NCBI GenBank assembly: GCA_030141605.1
Contig: JAQGDQ010002191.1
Coordinates: 1 to 9,995, forward strand
DNA: 9,995 nt
Source: Tubiluchus corallicola
Taxonomy: Eukaryota > Animalia > Priapulida
Direction: 5' to 3'
The notes below the pieces were generated by a model. The model did no database searches, was not told where the DNA came from, and was given only the letters and a program-made list of their open reading frames with translations. A program made the translations under genes and the position numbers. Of this stretch, positions 9,049-9,995 are shown in pieces (position 1 is the stretch's first letter; every line of letters begins with the position of its first letter).

Positions 9049-9995
9049 GGAAAAGTTCAATTCCCAATCTCATGTACTTCTGGTCAGAAAGAATCTACAA
9101 CCATCTTCACCGCCTGATGAGAAGACATCTACTGATTCATCTACAACCATCTAGCAAGAGAACGCCTACGGACAATGTCAGCCATCTACAGAAGACGCCT
9201 ACAAGCAATCTGAAACACTCTGCTTAACAATCTAGTCAGAGGGCATCCAGATCCCATCACATTCAACTCTTAGGATCTACAGACAACCTAAGACGTCTAA
9301 TCAGAGCTCGCCCAGAACAATCTCAAACATCTGCACAGGTAAAGTCGACAGAGAAATCTCAAATATCTAATCACAAGACTTGCGCAAGCAGGGCAATGTT
9401 AAGCACCCTGAATAGAGGCATACACAGTCAGCCTCAATTAGCTTGTCAGAACGCACGCACGGCCAAACGCAAGCACCTTGTAGGAAAAGTGCTATTGTCA
9501 ATCTCAGGTATTTGATCAAAGAAAATCTGCAGGGAAGCAATTATATAGTAAGGTGACATTGATTCACCCAAGCTTGGTAAAACGGCACCTACACGTAATC
9601 TAAAACATTCACTGATACCACAGGTCTGAAGACACCTTCATCCATTCCAAAACATCTAGTTAAAACGTAAAGACAAACTTAAACGTCTCATCTGAACTCA
9701 ACTAGTCAAACTGAAAAATCTGGACAGATGCAGTCTACTGCTAGGTTCAGGCATCTGGTCAAAAGACTTCTACCGGCAATTTTAAGCATCTCAATAGAGA
9801 CATTGCGCAGATAACCTAAATTAGCTAATCAGTAGGCACGCACGGCTAAACGCAAGCACCTGACAGGAAAAGTTCAATTCCCAATCTCATGTACTTCTGG
9901 TCAGAAAGAAACTACAACCGTTTTCACCGCCTGATGAGAAGACATCTACTGGCAAATCTACAAGCATCTAGCAAGAGAACGCCTTCGGACTATCT

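Larger units (their letters stand above)
1..9995. repeat. Complex tandem satellite array of two related monomers (A ~434 bp, B ~383 bp and deletion variants); runs off both window ends
   Basis: Seen in sequence: the anchor GGAAAAGT, normally preceded by CGCAC(G/A)GC, recurs at 31, 465, 848, 1231, 1665, 2038, 2470, 2843, 3277, 3660, 3999, 4382, 4816, 5199, 5582, 6016, 6389, 6728, 7111, 7545, 7894, 8242, 8676, 9049, 9483 and 9866. All copies are head-to-tail in one orientation with no unique sequence between them. Confidence 0.98.

Noticed and set aside
1-9995. Tandem 5S rRNA, tRNA or snRNA genes, rDNA spacer, or LTR/MITE array
   Set aside because: No recognisable RNA gene, terminal inverted repeats, target-site duplications, PBS/PPT or transposon ORF. 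A remote transposon origin cannot be excluded without a database search.
1-9995. Known satellite identity (alpha satellite, CENP-B box, telomeric repeat)
   Set aside because: The monomer sizes and sequence match no family I recognise. By eye I saw no TTCG-N4-A-N2-CGGG box and no telomeric motif.

Overview
The whole window is one non-coding tandem satellite array, most likely eukaryotic heterochromatic or (peri)centromeric DNA; I cannot identify the organism or a named family. It has 25 complete monomers plus one partial, of two related types: A (434 bp, one 432) and B (383 bp, with 373, 349, 348 and 339 bp variants). Taking the GGAAAAGT motif as the monomer start, the order is A31 B465 B848 A1231 b1665 A'2038 b2470 A2843 B3277 B(d44)3660 B3999 A4382 B4816 B5199 A5582 b6016 B(d44)6389 B6728 A7111 B(d34)7545 B(d35)7894 A8242 b8676 A9049 B9483 A9866 (partial), where b is the 373-bp variant. 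The array is hierarchical: a degenerate ~35-bp sub-repeat builds the A and B monomers, these probably formed an ancestral AB dimer, and irregular higher-order repeats sit on top (a 7-mer of 2729/2660 bp containing a 2007-bp 5-mer). It shows microhomology deletions and mosaic, conversion-like tracts. There are no credible genes, RNA genes, CRISPR arrays or transposon ORFs. The four identical 64-aa ORFs are by-products of the repeat.
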